DNA of 49,059 nucleotides from Chiloscyllium plagiosum. Lineage: Eukaryota. Location: NCBI RefSeq assembly GCF_004010195.1, contig NC_057719.1:54745971-54795029 (forward strand), written 5' to 3'. Positions 48,331-49,059 of the stretch are shown in pieces (the first letter of the stretch is position 1; every line of letters starts with the position of its first letter). A program made the position numbers and the translations under genes. Below the pieces are notes generated by a model that had not been told where the DNA came from, made no database searches, and saw only the letters and a program-made list of their open reading frames with translations.

Positions 48331-48548
48331 TGAAGAAGAAAGGAAGAAGAAAAAGAGAAATAATGAAAAGTATAAGGCAATGCTGCTGGCCTGGAGTGGA
48401 CAGGTCTGACAAGTCCAAACACTACCTGCCCTCAGGTCTTGAAATAATAAGGTGTATCGAGAAAATTTATTATGTCCAGGGGCTGTATACAAATTGAGGT
48501 TGTTGCTGACGGCACCTCTGGCCTCCTGCTTTACAATAACACATTGAT

Positions 48549-49059
48549 TTAGAACATAGAACATAGAACAATATAGCACAGAACAGGCCCTTCGGCCCAC
48601 GATGTTGTGCCGAACATTTGTCCTAGCTTAAGCACCTATCCATGTACCTATCCAATTGCCACTTAAAGGTCACCAATAATTCTGACTCCGCCACTCCCAC
48701 AGGTAGTGCATTCCATGCCCCCACCACTCTCTGGGTAAAGAACCTACCCCTGACATCCCCCCTATACTTTCCAACCTTCACCTTAAATTTATGTCCCCCC
48801 TTGTAACACTCTGTTGTACCCGGGGAAAAAGTCTCTGACTGTCTACTCTATCTATTACCCTGATCATCTTATAAACCTCTATCAAGTCACCCCTCATCCT
48901 TCGCCATTCCAATGAGAAAAGGCCTCGCACTCTCAACCTATCCTCGTACGACCTATTCTCCATTCCAGGCAACATCCTGGTAAATCTTCTCTGCACCCTC
49001 TCCAAAGCTCCCACATCTTTCCTAAAGTGAGGCGACCAGAACAGCACACAGTACTCCAA
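48549..49059 (-). mobile_element. CR1 LINE 3' end, runs off the window
   Basis: [32 protein letters not shown]...RGDLIEVYK; (tagaaca)n tail. Confidence 0.95.

Overview
Eukaryotic, repeat-dominated genomic DNA. The repeat content (HE1-like V-SINEs, a SacSINE1-like Deu-SINE, CR1/L2 LINEs, Penelope-like elements) points to a cartilaginous fish, probably a shark; this is inference. No intact host protein-coding gene is recognisable, and almost all ORF-track entries are transposon debris or antisense noise. The window holds many nested CR1 fragments, one ~2.6 kb frameshifted Penelope element (RT + GIY-YIG), and fossil Gypsy (one Gmr1-like) and Harbinger remnants that the ORF track misses. The most notable signal is about ten 90-580 bp Penelope-derived mini-elements of two families. 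Several are long asymmetric palindromes carrying minimal hammerhead-ribozyme cores (CTGANGA-A-stem II-GAAA), most have 12-16 bp target-site duplications, and their junctions cluster at the ribozyme. Hammerheads in Penelope termini are established knowledge; whether these copies form an independently mobile hairpin family is open. A few weak candidate exons lie in unique sequence. Family names come from motif recognition by eye, not database searches, and repeat boundaries are approximate.
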